A stretch of 33,262 nt of DNA from a virus (lineage: Duplodnaviria; Caudoviricetes): IMG/VR virus record IMGVR_UViG_3300037483_000150, positions 1 through 33,262 of that record, one strand, 5' to 3'. Positions within the stretch are counted from its first letter, which is position 1, and each line of letters starts with the position of its first letter. This document shows positions 32,494 through 33,262 of the stretch, piece by piece. The notes beneath the pieces were generated by a model, which made no database searches, was not told where the DNA came from, and saw only the letters and a list, made by a program, of their open reading frames with translations. The position numbers and the translations under genes are program-made.

Positions 32494-32964
32494 ATGCTAG
32501 ATTGCTCACAATTCCGTAGTTTAATTGTAGAACCAGTTTTGTCAAAACTTCGACTCTATTCAAAGAATGCCGAAGAGTTACTAGTATTTACTTGCGCTGC
32601 CGAATCCTTGGGCGGTACATACTTGCAGCAAGTAAAAGGGCCAGCAGTTGGTATTTATCAAATGGAGCCAAATACTTACACGGACATATGGGTTAACTAT
32701 ATACGCGCACGCAACCAATTGGCTACCCTTATGGCCATTCACTATGGCTGCAATAAGATTCCCGAAGTGGAGCGCATGATTTATGATTTACATTTTGCCA
32801 CGGCTATGGCGCGAATACATTACCTTCGGATGCCGGGCAATCTTCCTGATGCGAAAGACGTTGATGGGATGTGGGATTATTACAAAAAGTATTACAACAC
32901 CGAGAAGGGCAAAGCAAAAAAAGAAGACAGTATTAAAAAGTATCAAGACTTTATTCGCTCTTAG
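32494..32964 (+). CDS. lysozyme-like/transglycosylase-fold protein, probable endolysin (start probably ATG 32494)
   Basis: ELL..T.A.ES.GG.YL.Q..GPA.GIYQMEP.T..D, A.AMAR.HY.R and YYKKYYNT..G motifs (catalytic ES and GxxQ). Confidence 0.75.
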   Translation: MLDCSQFRSLIVEPVLSKLRLYSKNAEELLVFTCAAESLGGTYLQQVKGPAVGIYQMEPNTYTDIWVNYIRARNQLATLMAIHYGCNKIPEVERMIYDLHFATAMARIHYLRMPGNLPDAKDVDGMWDYYKKYYNTEKGKAKKEDSIKKYQDFIRS

Positions 32965-33166
32965 GTTCTTTAAAGCAATCCCTATGCTGAAATGCTTCTG
33001 AGAGGTTTACTTCATGGAAGCATATTCCGCATACAACCATTGTTAGGGTTTTGCTGGAAGGTGTTACTACATATCCGGCAGGAATCCATTTGTGATACGG
33101 CTCAAATCCTTCTGCCGCTTTTGGGCATCGTGACGCTTTCAGATTCCAATCATCGCAATTTGACAT
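32951..33166 (-). CDS. small Cys/His-rich protein (possible zinc ribbon)
   Basis: 71 aa, CPK...H.W...CGIC. Its ATG is the last codon of the inverted repeat. Confidence 0.55.
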   Translation of the reverse strand: MSNCDDWNLKASRCPKAAEGFEPYHKWIPAGYVVTPSSKTLTMVVCGICFHEVNLSEAFQHRDCFKEPKSE

Positions 33167-33262
33167 ACCCCACCCTATTGATAAATCCGATTATTAATAT
33201 AATCAGACATAGTATACCCTAGTCCTATCACATAAAATTAGTGTCGAGCTGTTTAAATATTA
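33164..33262 (-). repeat. 99-bp perfect inverted repeat, right copy (runs to window end, may be longer)
   Basis: Exact reverse complement of 9570-9668. Confidence 0.95.

Overview
This window is most of a tailed dsDNA phage genome (podovirus-type virion), probably truncated at one or both ends. The right part (~9.67-33.16 kb) is an almost entirely minus-strand morphogenesis module: TerS-like protein, portal, scaffold, major capsid, head decoration/fibre, tail tubular A and B, three internal virion proteins, a free-standing GIY-YIG/NUMOD3 homing endonuclease, tail fibres, RusA and TerL, plus an antisense lysozyme-like gene. The left part holds SSB, lambda O/P-like replication genes with a palindromic iteron origin, a Cro-like regulator, a RecE-like exonuclease with a probable annealing protein, a small serine recombinase and a run of small, often acidic early genes. 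No CI, tyrosine integrase, DNA polymerase or RNA polymerase is visible. Two things stand out. (1) Two distinct, protein-free IS200/IS605-type mini-elements (~1633-1888 minus strand; 7177-7498 plus strand) each keep a left-end hairpin, a promoter, a highly structured omegaRNA-like segment and a right end finishing in TCAC or TCAA, although no TnpA or TnpB is encoded in the window. They look like orphan guide-RNA cassettes. (2) A perfect 99-bp inverted repeat (9570-9668 and 33164-33262) brackets the whole virion module and contains a 12-2-12 dyad resembling a serine-recombinase site. It could mark an invertible module, a longer collapsed inverted repeat, or an assembly artefact. All calls are by eye; no database searches were run.
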